From a virus (Duplodnaviria > Caudoviricetes): 54,160 nt of DNA. Both the position numbers and the translations under genes were made by a program. Shown here in pieces: positions 37,669 through 47,115 of this stretch; within the stretch, counting starts at the first letter, position 1, and every line of letters starts with the position of its first letter. The notes beneath the pieces are model-generated. The model worked only from the letters and a program-made list of their open reading frames with translations. It searched no databases and was not told the origin of the DNA. The stretch covers positions 1 through 54,160 of IMG/VR virus record IMGVR_UViG_3300028191_000002; one strand, given 5' to 3'.

Positions 37669-38593
37669 TGCATACAATGTTAAATTTCGACCAGCGGAGC
37701 TAAGTGGGCTTATTGGACAAGAAACGATTGTCCGTTCGCTGAAGGATGTTCTGAAGAAGGGCACAGCCAGATGCTTTGTCTTACACGGACCCGCAGGAGT
37801 AGGCAAGACAACCACCGCCAGAATCATAGCAACTACCCTTGGCTGTGAGGATTGTAATCGGTTGGATATAGACGGGGCAACATATACCGGTATTGATAAA
37901 ATGCGGGAAATTACTGAAAGCCTGAGATACCAGCCAATGACTAAAAGCAAGACGCGGGTGGTTATTGTGGATGAAGCACACCGATTATCTAAGCAAGCGT
38001 GGGACAGTCTTCTTAAGGATACAGAAGAACCACCTGTCGGGGTATACTGGATTTTCTGCACAACGGAGCCAGCAAAAATCCCGGCTACAATCCGCAGCAG
38101 GGGTGCTACGTATGAATTTAAGGCAGTAAGCTCGGAGAAAATATATGACCTACTTCTGAAAATAGCAAAGGAAGAAAAGTTAACTACTTCCGAGGATATC
38201 CTATATGCGATAGCAATCAAGTCTGGTGGTAGCGTACGAATATCTTTAACGGCGTTAGCTCAATGTTCCGGATGTGAAAGTGTAGCGGATGTAGAAGAGC
38301 TCCTGCACATCATCAGTGCCGAAGAAGGAGAAGCAGTTGAGCTGGCTCGCCTGCTATTAAAGGGAGCAACCTGGGCAAAGGCGTTAACCATACTCAAGAA
38401 GTTGGATGAGCAAGCCCCGGAAAGTATTCGGATGGTTATCTTGAGTTACTTGTCAAAGGTACTTCTAAACACTGCTTCTGAAGAAAGTGTGATGGAAATA
38501 CTGTTTGTGATGGCGTGCTTCCGGAGTCCATATTACGCCGGGGAGGGCATGGCTCCGTTGCTATTGTCGTTGGGTAAGGTTATCTTTGTGTAA
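37661..38593 (+). CDS. Clamp loader AAA+ subunit (DnaX gamma/tau-like)
   Basis: KFRP...GQ, GPAGVGKTT, DEAH.L, LLK..EEPP, TIRSR. Confidence 0.9.
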   Translation: MNNAYNVKFRPAELSGLIGQETIVRSLKDVLKKGTARCFVLHGPAGVGKTTTARIIATTLGCEDCNRLDIDGATYTGIDKMREITESLRYQPMTKSKTRVVIVDEAHRLSKQAWDSLLKDTEEPPVGVYWIFCTTEPAKIPATIRSRGATYEFKAVSSEKIYDLLLKIAKEEKLTTSEDILYAIAIKSGGSVRISLTALAQCSGCESVADVEELLHIISAEEGEAVELARLLLKGATWAKALTILKKLDEQAPESIRMVILSYLSKVLLNTASEESVMEILFVMACFRSPYYAGEGMAPLLLSLGKVIFV

Positions 38594-38594
38594 G

Positions 38595-38628
38595 TAAAAC
38601 ACGGGATCTATATATATTAATGAAAGGA
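38595..38628 (+). promoter_or_regulatory. Phage-specific promoter-like motif, copy 3
   Basis: taaaacacgggATCTATATATATTAATGAAAGGA. Confidence 0.7.
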
Positions 38629-38637
38629 TAAATAGAA

Positions 38638-39138
38638 ATGGTTACGAAACAAGAGTTACTGATAGACAAGAATGAGTTGGACAGGGAGCTGATAGAACAG
38701 GCTTCACAGTATCATGCTTCGGGAGAAGAGTATGCCAAGGCACAATCTCGCGTAGCATATCTTAAGGACCAGTTGTCCGCATTACAGGCATCAATCGATA
38801 GAGAGATTCGCCAGCAGGCATCTGAGGACAATGAGAAGGTTTCCGAGACCTTGGTTTTTAATCGAGTTGTGATGGACGACCGGTATCGTGCAATGAATAT
38901 GGAAGTGCTACAAGCAAGGGAGGCTATGGAAAGTGCCGGTTCCTTACGTGATTCCTTTGCCCAACGTGCTTTCGCTTTGAAGGATTTAGTAGTATTGTAT
39001 ACCAGTGGTTATTTTGCAAGAAGTTGCGAAAAGGGTGTACCTCAAGCAACGCAAGATGCTATGGTGGATGATTATAGAAAAGGCATCAACGCTACACGCG
39101 TACGTCTAAACATGGCGATGCCACAGAAAGGAAGATGA
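38638..39138 (+). CDS. UvsY-like recombination mediator (helical)
   Basis: L.IDK..LD.E...Q N-terminus, all-helical, located before SSB and RecA. Confidence 0.55.
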   Translation: MVTKQELLIDKNELDRELIEQASQYHASGEEYAKAQSRVAYLKDQLSALQASIDREIRQQASEDNEKVSETLVFNRVVMDDRYRAMNMEVLQAREAMESAGSLRDSFAQRAFALKDLVVLYTSGYFARSCEKGVPQATQDAMVDDYRKGINATRVRLNMAMPQKGR

Positions 39139-40238
39139 TTATGGCTTTTCAATACCAGGAAAGAACAAAGCAAGCAGTCCAGAAAAGGGCTACACAGAAG
39201 GGTGGATCGTTTGATTCCATCTTCAAACAACAGTTTGATTCCTTTTCAGTAAAAGAAGGGGACCAAAGAATTCGCATACTTCCACCAACGTGGGAAAATG
39301 CTGAGCATTATGGCATCGATATATATGTTCATTATGGCGTTGGGCCAGATGAGCAAACATATCTTTGTCTTGAGAAGAATGACGATATGATGGCATTGTT
39401 AGGTATGCCTTCGGAAGTATGCCCGTGTTGTGAAGAAAGGCGAAAAGCGGAAGCGGAAGGCATGACCGAATATGCGGACAGTTTGTATGTAACCAAACGC
39501 GTTCTTGTGTGGATGATAAATAGGGCGGACGAAGATGCTGGTCCTATACTATGGTCAATGCCGTGGACGATAGACCGGGATATGGCATCAGTCAGTATGG
39601 ATAAAGCATCTGGCGAATACCTTTGCATTGACCATCCGACAGAAGGATATGATGCTGTCTTTACTAAAGAGGGTAAGGGGCAGAAGACCAAATATATTGG
39701 TATGCAGATAGCAAGACGAGCTACACCACTATTCGCCGATAAGGAATTGGTGGATTTGACACTTGAGTTTATTGTTAAGAATCCACTGCCATCTGTCCTC
39801 AATTTTTATCCTGCGGACTATATTGCGAACATCTTTGCCGGAAGTGCAGAAGTGGAAGCAGCGGCAGAAGCAACAGCAGCACCAGCCGCAGCACCACAAA
39901 CGCGAGCTGAAGCAGCAGCCTTTTCAGTAGCGGATGTTCCTTTTGACGATGGACAGCCCTATGAGGAAGAAGTTGCAGCACCGCCACTGGCTCCAGCACC
40001 AGCACCGGCTCCAGCACCAAGGACAAGGACTCGTGTAGCAGATATAGTTCCGGCTCCGGCACCAGCACCGGCTCCAGCACCAAGGACAAGAGCAGCAGCT
40101 CCAGCACCAGCACCGGCTCCAGCACCAAGGACAAGAGCAGCAGCACCGGCACCGGCTCCAGCACCAGCACCGGCTCCAGCGGCTGACGCTTCTTTAGCAG
40201 ATAGAAGAGCCCGTTTACGGGCAGCATTGAAGGATTAA
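39135..40238 (+). CDS. T4 gp32-like single-stranded DNA-binding protein with long Pro/Ala repeat tail
   Basis: IRILPP...HY...YLC...CPCC...GYD..F.K.G.G..TKY. Confidence 0.75.
   Translation: MIMAFQYQERTKQAVQKRATQKGGSFDSIFKQQFDSFSVKEGDQRIRILPPTWENAEHYGIDIYVHYGVGPDEQTYLCLEKNDDMMALLGMPSEVCPCCEERRKAEAEGMTEYADSLYVTKRVLVWMINRADEDAGPILWSMPWTIDRDMASVSMDKASGEYLCIDHPTEGYDAVFTKEGKGQKTKYIGMQIARRATPLFADKELVDLTLEFIVKNPLPSVLNFYPADYIANIFAGSAEVEAAAEATAAPAAAPQTRAEAAAFSVADVPFDDGQPYEEEVAAPPLAPAPAPAPAPRTRTRVADIVPAPAPAPAPAPRTRAAAPAPAPAPAPRTRAAAPAPAPAPAPAPAADASLADRRARLRAALKD
39990..40180 (+). repeat. Coding tandem repeats (APAPAPAPRTR)n in SSB tail
   Basis: gcaccagcaccggctccagcaccaaggacaag x3 plus partial units. 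Confidence 0.9.
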
Positions 40239-40244
40239 TCAACC

Positions 40245-41234
40245 ATGGAAAGAGCCCGTATAGAAGAAGATTTATTTGACTTTACCACCGGGGTCGAAAC
40301 ATTCTCAAGTGGGTGTGAACTTCTTGACTGTGTATTAGGTGGTGGCTACCCGGTTGGTCGGGTAGTCAATGTTGTAGGCGATAAGTCGTCCGGAAAAACG
40401 TTGTTGGCGATAGAAGCGTGTGCTAACTTCGCTGCCAAGTATCCAGACGGGGTTATCAGATATCGTGAAGTCGAAGCAGCCTTTGATCCTAAATATGCTC
40501 AGGCATTAGGTCTGCCCCTGTCTCGTGTTGAGTTTCCAGCATCCATCTGTGAGACTGTGGAAGATATGTATGAAGATATAGTCAGTTTTATCGCCACTAC
40601 GAAAATGGCAAGAGGATTGTATATATTGGATTCCTTGGACGCTCTGTCCGATAAAGCAGAGTTGGAAGGAGATTTTGGCGAAGCCAGTTTTGGTGTAAAG
40701 AAGGCTAAGTTAATGAGTCAGCTATTCCGCCGGATAACCCAGGCTGCTGCTAAAAGCAACGTAACCATATTAATTGTGTCCCAGATACGGGACAATGTTG
40801 GTGTGGTATTTGGAAAAGCAACAACACGTTCTGGCGGTAGGGCTTTGGACTTCTACTCATCTCAGGTATTGTTCTTAAAGCATATAAAGACGATGGTAAA
40901 AACCATTGACAAGATAGAGCGTCCTATTGGGGTTCTTATTCGGATAAAGTGTGAAAAGAATAAAATCGGTTTACCGTTCCGTGAATGTCAAGTACCAATA
41001 ATCTTTGGTTATGGTGTGGACGATATTGCGGCAGGGGTGGACTGGCTTCTTGAGATTGGAAAAGAAAGTGAGTTAGACCTAAATGGGCAAGCATCTTGCA
41101 CGGCTTTCTTCAAAAGAGTGAAGAAGGGTAATCGTGAAGAACGGCTGGCAATTCGTGGTCTGGTTGCTGAGACAGTCAACAAAGTTTGGAAAGAGGTAGA
41201 AAGTAAATTTTACCCTGACCTGTCAAAGTACTAA
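40245..41234 (+). CDS. recA: RecA/UvsX-like recombinase
   Basis: LD..LGGG.P.GR, GDKSSGKT, E.AFDP.YA..LG, DS, SQIR, GGRALDFYSS, KNK..PF. Confidence 0.92.
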   Translation: MERARIEEDLFDFTTGVETFSSGCELLDCVLGGGYPVGRVVNVVGDKSSGKTLLAIEACANFAAKYPDGVIRYREVEAAFDPKYAQALGLPLSRVEFPASICETVEDMYEDIVSFIATTKMARGLYILDSLDALSDKAELEGDFGEASFGVKKAKLMSQLFRRITQAAAKSNVTILIVSQIRDNVGVVFGKATTRSGGRALDFYSSQVLFLKHIKTMVKTIDKIERPIGVLIRIKCEKNKIGLPFRECQVPIIFGYGVDDIAAGVDWLLEIGKESELDLNGQASCTAFFKRVKKGNREERLAIRGLVAETVNKVWKEVESKFYPDLSKY

Positions 41235-41295
41235 TGGTATAAAGGTATGGGCTGGTTGGACATTTTAGGATCTGACCAGCTCGCGAAAGGTTAAT

Positions 41296-41847
41296 ATGGC
41301 GAATGGCAAGTATAAAGGTAGTGAGTTTGAGCGGGAAATGTGTAAGACATTAAGTTCATGGCTATCTGCGGGCAAACGATTGGATTACTTTTGGCGGTCA
41401 GCAATGTCTGGAGGACGAGCAACCGTTGCTATGAAAAAGAATATTGAGCTGGGAGCCAGTAGTGGCGACATCACGGCTATATGTTCAGAAGGAGAAGTCC
41501 TGACTAAGCAATTTATGATTGAATGCAAAGCATACCGTTCCTTGCAATTGGATCAATTGATATTTACGGATACCGGGGAATTTCGGTGGATATGGTTGAA
41601 GTTAAAAGCAGACTCAAAAAAGTATCACAGGGAACCAATGCTGATTGCCAAGCAAAACCAGAGACCAGTAATAGTTGGTTTGGGCAGACAAGGAAGGCTA
41701 ATCTTGGATCCAAAATGGAAGTTAAAACAATTGGCCTGGTTTACCACGGACGATATTCAATTATTCCGATTATCGGATGTAATTAGTTTGAGTCCAGACT
41801 ATGTAATCCCGGCGTTAACGCGACAAATAGAAAGAGGTGCAGAATGA
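41296..41847 (+). CDS. Holliday junction resolvase-like PD-(D/E)XK nuclease
   Basis: KGSEFER...RSAMSGG...GDI...IECK. Confidence 0.8.
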   Translation: MANGKYKGSEFEREMCKTLSSWLSAGKRLDYFWRSAMSGGRATVAMKKNIELGASSGDITAICSEGEVLTKQFMIECKAYRSLQLDQLIFTDTGEFRWIWLKLKADSKKYHREPMLIAKQNQRPVIVGLGRQGRLILDPKWKLKQLAWFTTDDIQLFRLSDVISLSPDYVIPALTRQIERGAE

Positions 41848-42836
41848 ACGTATTATTAACAGCAGATTGGCACTTAACTGATAAACCAGCGGACAGTTAT
41901 CGGTTTAAGTTTCTTGATTGGCTCCGTGATTATGTTGCGGAGATGGAAGTAAGCAAGATTATAGTGTTAGGAGATATTACAGAGCATAAGGACTGCCACC
42001 CTTCGTCCTTGGTTAATGAGATAGTAAGAAGAATTGCAGATTTGACGCAACATTGTCCTATGGACATTCTTACTGGGAATCACGATTATATAGACGAAAA
42101 TTGTCCTTTTTTCAAGTTTCTACAATATCTGCCTGGGGTGAATTTTATTACTCATCCTACGGCCATACCGGACATAAACAGCTTCTACATACCGAATCGC
42201 CGACATTGGTATGATGCTGAGTTAATTAGTGAGTGGGTAGCTCGTGATTATGATTACATCTTCTGTCATCAGTTATTTACTGGGGCAGTAAGTTTTTCTG
42301 GAAAAATGTTGATAGGTGCTTCTCCTTCTAATTTCACATCCAACAAGACTAAGATCTATGCTGGGGATATTCATAATCCGCAGATTGTGGGTCCGGTTGA
42401 GTATGTAGGGTCACCCTATCTGATAACCTTCGGTGACGCCTTTGAACCCCGGGTGATTCTTTTGGACACGCAATCAAAGAATTCTTGGTCAATAGCAACG
42501 CCGGTGTTCCTACACAAGAAGACGATAACCATCCATTCTATAGAAGAGTTGGAGGCAATGCGGTTAGGTGTTGATGACCTGGTAAAACTGATTGTAAGTA
42601 TTCCACAAGACGAGACTCAGTATTGGGCGGATATTCGTAGTAGGATAGAGGATTATTTCTGTGAATCCAAAGCAGATTTACATAGTATGGAGTTGGTTAT
42701 CGAAACACCAGAACAGAAGATTGGAAAGCTTGGTAAGGCTCCTGTTAAAACGAATCAGGACTTGTATGCTGACTATTGTAAGCAGGCTAATCTACCAGCG
42801 AATATTGTGGAAGTTGGAAGGGAGTTGATGAAATGA
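41844..42836 (+). CDS. SbcD/Mre11/gp47-like metallophosphoesterase nuclease
   Basis: ADWH, LGD, GNHD, CHQ, GDIH, YVGSP. Confidence 0.9.
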   Translation: MNVLLTADWHLTDKPADSYRFKFLDWLRDYVAEMEVSKIIVLGDITEHKDCHPSSLVNEIVRRIADLTQHCPMDILTGNHDYIDENCPFFKFLQYLPGVNFITHPTAIPDINSFYIPNRRHWYDAELISEWVARDYDYIFCHQLFTGAVSFSGKMLIGASPSNFTSNKTKIYAGDIHNPQIVGPVEYVGSPYLITFGDAFEPRVILLDTQSKNSWSIATPVFLHKKTITIHSIEELEAMRLGVDDLVKLIVSIPQDETQYWADIRSRIEDYFCESKADLHSMELVIETPEQKIGKLGKAPVKTNQDLYADYCKQANLPANIVEVGRELMK

Positions 42837-44671
42837 TAAAGTCAGTTAGTATGACCAATTTTAAGAGCTTTAGGAAGACCCAGTCCTTTAATCTTCCAAT
42901 TGTATCTGGCTTCTTTCTTGTGTCGGGAGATAATCAGGTTGACAAAGCACTGGAAGGGAATGGTGCTGGAAAATCATCTTTCTGGGATGCCATCGCCTGG
43001 TGCTTATATGGAAAGACTGCCCGGGGATTGAAAGCATCTAACATTATCAGTTGGGGTGAATTGACAGCAGAAGTAGTTGTGCAAATAACCGCCGGAGACT
43101 TTATTTACAACATCAGCCGTACCCAGAGTCCAAATTGCTTATCCGTGAATGGAAAGACAGTAGAGCAGAAGGTAGTGGACGATTTGATTGGCATAAACTA
43201 TCTTGGCTTTATGAATGGTGTCTTAATGGGACAGTTTAATCCATTCTTCTTTGACCTGGGTCCCACCGATAAATTGGCACTGTTTTCAGATATTCTGAAT
43301 TTGGATGTCTGGGATCGTTTTGCGGAGAAGGCAAAGCTTCTACTGGCGGACGTAACACGGAATTCACAGTTATGTCAATCACGATTAGACGGAAGTATTC
43401 GAGCATTGGGTCTTCTTGCAGATAGTGAGAAGTTAGCTTCTGAAAGAAAGGATGCTTGGCAAGAAAGCATTAACCAACAGTTAGAGCAGAAGAAAGCAGT
43501 TGTAGCAGGGTTAGAAGCTGAACTCAAACCAGTACTGATAACCCTGGCTGGATTGGAGCAAAAAGCAACCAGACAACCACAACCGCCGGATTTGTCAATT
43601 CGAGAAGAGGAGCTACAGAATGCTCGGGAGCTTTTTATGGATGCTGCTCAAAAGGTAACCATGTTAAGTGCCCAGATAAATACTGTTGATTCCGATATAT
43701 GTAAGATAGAAAAGATGTTGGAGACAAGGGTATGTACCTACTGTGGAAACAAGATAAAGGTAGATCATTTAGCAGCAGAGGCAGAAATACTGTTTACTAA
43801 CGCGGATGACTTAGATGCGAAAATGATTCTTGCTCGGTCGGATAAGGCAATATATGCGGAGGCCATTAAAACAGCGGAAAAGAGGCTGTGCACTGAGAAG
43901 CTTGTCTGGGACAAGGAATTAGCAGTCTACAACGAACAGGTGGACAGACCGCTTCGTCAACTACGGCAGGAAGTAAGTAGCAAGAAGAATACTATTGCGG
44001 TGCATCAGGAATACCTGGACAGTGTGAAGAAGCAGACGAATCCATATATTGTGGAGCTGAAAGCCCTAAGCCAGAAGGTTGCAGATACTCAGGCGGAGAA
44101 GAGCACGTACGAGGATGAGAAGACTCAGTATGACCAGAAGATAAGCGGTTATCAGTACTGGACAAAGGCATTCCGCGATATACGATTGTGGATCGTTAGT
44201 TCCTGTCTAAGCGAGTTTGAAATAGAAGTAAACAATACTCTTGTCCAGGTTGGTTTAGAGGGTTGGAAAATTGAGTTTGACGTTGAGAAGGAGAATAAGT
44301 CGGGTGGTATATCGAAAGGCTTTACTATCTTGGTCAAAGCTCCGTTTACTAATACTGCCATTCCGTGGGAAAGCTGGTCAGGTGGGGAAACTCAGCGACT
44401 GAGGTTGGCCGGGTCAATTGGTCTGGCTAATCTTATTCGGTCAAGAGTCCGCTTACCTTTTAACCTGGAAATATGGGACGAACCAACGCAGCATCTTTCT
44501 GTTCAAGGTATCGAGGATATGTTAAACTGGTTTTCATATCGCAGTCAGAAAGAAGGAAAGCAGATATACCTTCTCGACCACCATAGTCTGGACAAGGGCG
44601 TTTTTGACGGTGAGATACATATAGTCAAGGATGAGAATGGTAGCTCTATAACGACCGTTTTAAGTGCCTAA
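42833..44671 (+). CDS. SbcC/Rad50/gp46-like ABC ATPase
   Basis: NFKSF, NGAGKSS, CTYC zinc hook, WSGGE, WDEP, DH. Confidence 0.92.
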   Translation: MIKSVSMTNFKSFRKTQSFNLPIVSGFFLVSGDNQVDKALEGNGAGKSSFWDAIAWCLYGKTARGLKASNIISWGELTAEVVVQITAGDFIYNISRTQSPNCLSVNGKTVEQKVVDDLIGINYLGFMNGVLMGQFNPFFFDLGPTDKLALFSDILNLDVWDRFAEKAKLLLADVTRNSQLCQSRLDGSIRALGLLADSEKLASERKDAWQESINQQLEQKKAVVAGLEAELKPVLITLAGLEQKATRQPQPPDLSIREEELQNARELFMDAAQKVTMLSAQINTVDSDICKIEKMLETRVCTYCGNKIKVDHLAAEAEILFTNADDLDAKMILARSDKAIYAEAIKTAEKRLCTEKLVWDKELAVYNEQVDRPLRQLRQEVSSKKNTIAVHQEYLDSVKKQTNPYIVELKALSQKVADTQAEKSTYEDEKTQYDQKISGYQYWTKAFRDIRLWIVSSCLSEFEIEVNNTLVQVGLEGWKIEFDVEKENKSGGISKGFTILVKAPFTNTAIPWESWSGGETQRLRLAGSIGLANLIRSRVRLPFNLEIWDEPTQHLSVQGIEDMLNWFSYRSQKEGKQIYLLDHHSLDKGVFDGEIHIVKDENGSSITTVLSA

Positions 44672-44708
44672 GATAATAAAAGATTTAACGAATCCGAGTG
44701 CATTTCAT

Positions 44709-44803
44709 TTGACTTTATCGTCGAAATCCGTTATAATCTATATATAGAAATAGGATAATGGTTATCCTCAAGTAGACGAAATGAAACGAAATGAAAGGAA
44801 CGA
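44709..44803 (+). promoter_or_regulatory. Early promoter/leader cassette, copy 3
   Basis: TTGACT 44709-14, N17, TATAAT 44732-37; same leader taatggttatcctcaagtagacgaaatgaaacgaaatgaaaggaacga. Confidence 0.9.
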
Positions 44804-45070
44804 ATGATGGCAAGATTAGCAAAGTTACAGAAGAACAATAAGAGATGGCAAGTTTTTTCAAAAGAGACCGGCGAAATTTTTGGTCAGTATATGCAGCATA
44901 AGAGATGTATAACTCTTCGGGATGAGCTGGTTAAGTTTGGCATTGTTGAGAAGAAATCAGAACTTCTTATCGCCAGTTGGCCAGTATCGACGTATGATGC
45001 CAGTTCTGGTATTTGTAGCAAGTATTATAAGATTCAGATGAGGGATTTACGCCAGAAAGCAGGTGTATGA
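44804..45070 (+). CDS. Early small protein, W-V-x-G-Q paralogue family
   Basis: RWQVFSKETGEIFGQY. Confidence 0.7.
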   Translation: MMARLAKLQKNNKRWQVFSKETGEIFGQYMQHKRCITLRDELVKFGIVEKKSELLIASWPVSTYDASSGICSKYYKIQMRDLRQKAGV

Positions 45071-45252
45071 TGGCAAAGTTGATGAAAGAAGGCTGGTGTG
45101 TGGAAGACGATCCAAGCGGGGAAACCGTGGCACAGTTTTGGAGAAAAGAAGACGCAGAAGCGTTTGTGAGGCGGCAGCATCCAGACCATGTAAGTAACTT
45201 CAATCTCGAATTTGTGAAGCAGGAGCCAGTAGTGGCGGGAGAAGGTGTATGA
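45067..45252 (+). CDS. Early small protein, W-V-x-G-Q paralogue family (closest to MuF repeats)
   Basis: WCVEDDPSGETVAQFWRKEDAEAFV. Confidence 0.7.
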   Translation: MMAKLMKEGWCVEDDPSGETVAQFWRKEDAEAFVRRQHPDHVSNFNLEFVKQEPVVAGEGV

Positions 45253-45539
45253 TGGCAAAGTTAGCAGAGGGAAAGATGGCACGGGGTTGGATGATGTGGG
45301 CAGTGGTTAACCCGGAAAGTGGTGAAATCTTTGGTAAGTATCGTCAGTACAGGAGGTGTCTGGATCTTATAGCAGAGATTCGTGAACTTGGTTCGATAGA
45401 TACTCGGGAACCGTTGGTTATTCATTTGGTGACCTGTTCTGATTATCGGACGCGGAAGGCTGGTTTATGTGGGCAGGATTTCCGTCGTTTAATGAAGGTT
45501 TTGCGAGGGGACGCTAAACTACAGAAAGCAGGTGTATGA
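45249..45539 (+). CDS. Early small protein, W-V-x-G-Q paralogue family
   Basis: WAVVNPESGEIFGKY. Confidence 0.7.
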   Translation: MMAKLAEGKMARGWMMWAVVNPESGEIFGKYRQYRRCLDLIAEIRELGSIDTREPLVIHLVTCSDYRTRKAGLCGQDFRRLMKVLRGDAKLQKAGV

Positions 45540-45859
45540 TGGCAAAGCAGTCTAAAATACTTATTGGGATGATTACTGAAAGTTTTCAGGTGTCTGATGA
45601 AGAAGTCGTACTGTTCACAGAGCAGCATATGGATGGGTACGTTGGTGAGGATATGGTATCTTACATGGCGAATCTTGTCAACTTGGAAAGCAATACCGTG
45701 GAGCAGATGAACCTTGGTATGCTGAAGTCCTTTTATCCAGAAGTCGAAGGCAGGCGGGACAGAATCGCTTACTGGCGGTGGATGGGGGAGTTTACTGTGG
45801 AGGGGCAGCAAAGAAGAGCTGAGAATGAGCGTGCGGATGTAGAAAGCAGGATACGCTGA
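45536..45859 (+). CDS. Early hypothetical protein
   Basis: Shares the MMAK junction repeat. Confidence 0.65.
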   Translation: MMAKQSKILIGMITESFQVSDEEVVLFTEQHMDGYVGEDMVSYMANLVNLESNTVEQMNLGMLKSFYPEVEGRRDRIAYWRWMGEFTVEGQQRRAENERADVESRIR

Positions 45860-46083
45860 TGTCCCCAGAATTCACAAGAATGGTGAAGGAAATGATTCGT
45901 GAGATGTCAGGCTGTAGGTATTGTTACCGTATCTACATTAATGGTCTCTATGAAAAGTTGGTGACCAGATGTAGATACGTATTACCGGTAGAAGGGCAAG
46001 CAGCCTGTGTTGATTATGTACTAGAATTTTTTAAGAAAGGAAATTGCGATGATAAGAAAAAAGTTAATTCAGTTACTCACTGA
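45859..46083 (+). CDS. Hypothetical protein
   Basis: TGATG coupling. Confidence 0.5.
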   Translation: MSPEFTRMVKEMIREMSGCRYCYRIYINGLYEKLVTRCRYVLPVEGQAACVDYVLEFFKKGNCDDKKKVNSVTH

Positions 46084-46339
46084 CCTTCCTGAGTATGAGC
46101 TTCGTAAGGCAGATGAGATGTTCAAACTGGGACAGCTGGTTCGGACGTTAGGCGGTGGTTGGTTGTTCTATCGTGACCCGAGATGGATGGTTCAGGTAAA
46201 CGATTTTCTGATTCTCTGGAATGGGAATGATAGTGGATATGAAGTTCGTTTGTTAGGCAATGTAATACCGCCGGAAGAGTCGAAGTATTACACAGACCTT
46301 AAGTTACTAAAGCAGGCAGTATGTCCTGAACAACTTTAA
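46049..46339 (+). CDS. Hypothetical protein
   Basis: AAAGGA RBS. Confidence 0.55.
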   Translation: MIRKKLIQLLTDLPEYELRKADEMFKLGQLVRTLGGGWLFYRDPRWMVQVNDFLILWNGNDSGYEVRLLGNVIPPEESKYYTDLKLLKQAVCPEQL

Positions 46340-46351
46340 CTGGAGAATGAA

Positions 46352-46672
46352 ATGGCAAAGGATAAAAAAGAGTTTTCGCCCATAGATTGGGATAAACCAG
46401 GTATGGAACGGTTTACGGACGACTTTATGCAAGGAGCAGCAGTTTTCAACGCCAACGCCCACCCGCGAACGAATCTTATGGTAAAGATTACTGGGGACGA
46501 TGGAACGTTGGATGGTGAGGAAGGCAACGCTTACGCTATAATGGCGAAGGTGCGGCAGGTACTAACGGACAGGGGTTTGGGTATAGCAGTAGCCCAGTTT
46601 CTTAAGGAAGCCCAGTCCGGCGATTATGAGCATCTTCTTGAAGTAGTTCACGATTGGGTGGAGGTGCAGTAA
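46352..46672 (+). CDS. Conserved-looking phage hypothetical protein (GNA.AIM...SGDY..LL type)
   Basis: GGAG RBS; motif recalled from small phage/plasmid proteins. Confidence 0.6.
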   Translation: MAKDKKEFSPIDWDKPGMERFTDDFMQGAAVFNANAHPRTNLMVKITGDDGTLDGEEGNAYAIMAKVRQVLTDRGLGIAVAQFLKEAQSGDYEHLLEVVHDWVEVQ

Positions 46673-46782
46673 TGGGTTACATCATAATTGGTTTAGTAGT
46701 AGTAGGTTTGGGTCCAACGTTATTGGTTCCATTCCTGAAAAAGCACGAAGCTTGTCAACTTGAACAGAAGGAAGTGAAATGA
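46672..46782 (+). CDS. 36-aa single-pass membrane peptide (not in ORF track)
   Basis: GGAGG RBS; MGYIIIGLVVVGLGPTLLVPFLKKH...; coupled at both ends. Confidence 0.55.
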   Translation: MGYIIIGLVVVGLGPTLLVPFLKKHEACQLEQKEVK

Positions 46783-47075
46783 AGGCAGGTAGAATTACCA
46801 GAAATATAGAGTCCTACCAGACTGAGGAAGTTACCAGTACTAAGAAGCCCCGGGTCAATCTTGATTATGAACCAGGCATCCTTCTTGGGAAGTTTGCTAC
46901 GATAGCTACTGACAGATCCAGGTGGGATAGAGCGAAGATTGTAGAAGACCATCCTAACCTATTTATTGTGGAATATCGGAAATGGGTTAAGGCTGAGTTG
47001 GGGCGGGATCTGAAGATTGTTAGAGAAAGCATATGCAAAGCTCATATCACTGAATTTAGAGCGTTTACTAACTAA
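46779..47075 (+). CDS. Hypothetical protein
   Basis: ATGA coupling, AAGGA RBS. Confidence 0.55.
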   Translation: MKAGRITRNIESYQTEEVTSTKKPRVNLDYEPGILLGKFATIATDRSRWDRAKIVEDHPNLFIVEYRKWVKAELGRDLKIVRESICKAHITEFRAFTN

Positions 47076-47115
47076 GGTGATATGTTTTTGATAAACCAGA
47101 AAGGTTAGGTGTAGT

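Noticed and set aside
45061-45547. Mini-CRISPR or integron attC array
   Set aside because: The intervening sequences are 160-270 bp ORFs, the repeat is not palindromic, and no integrase is present
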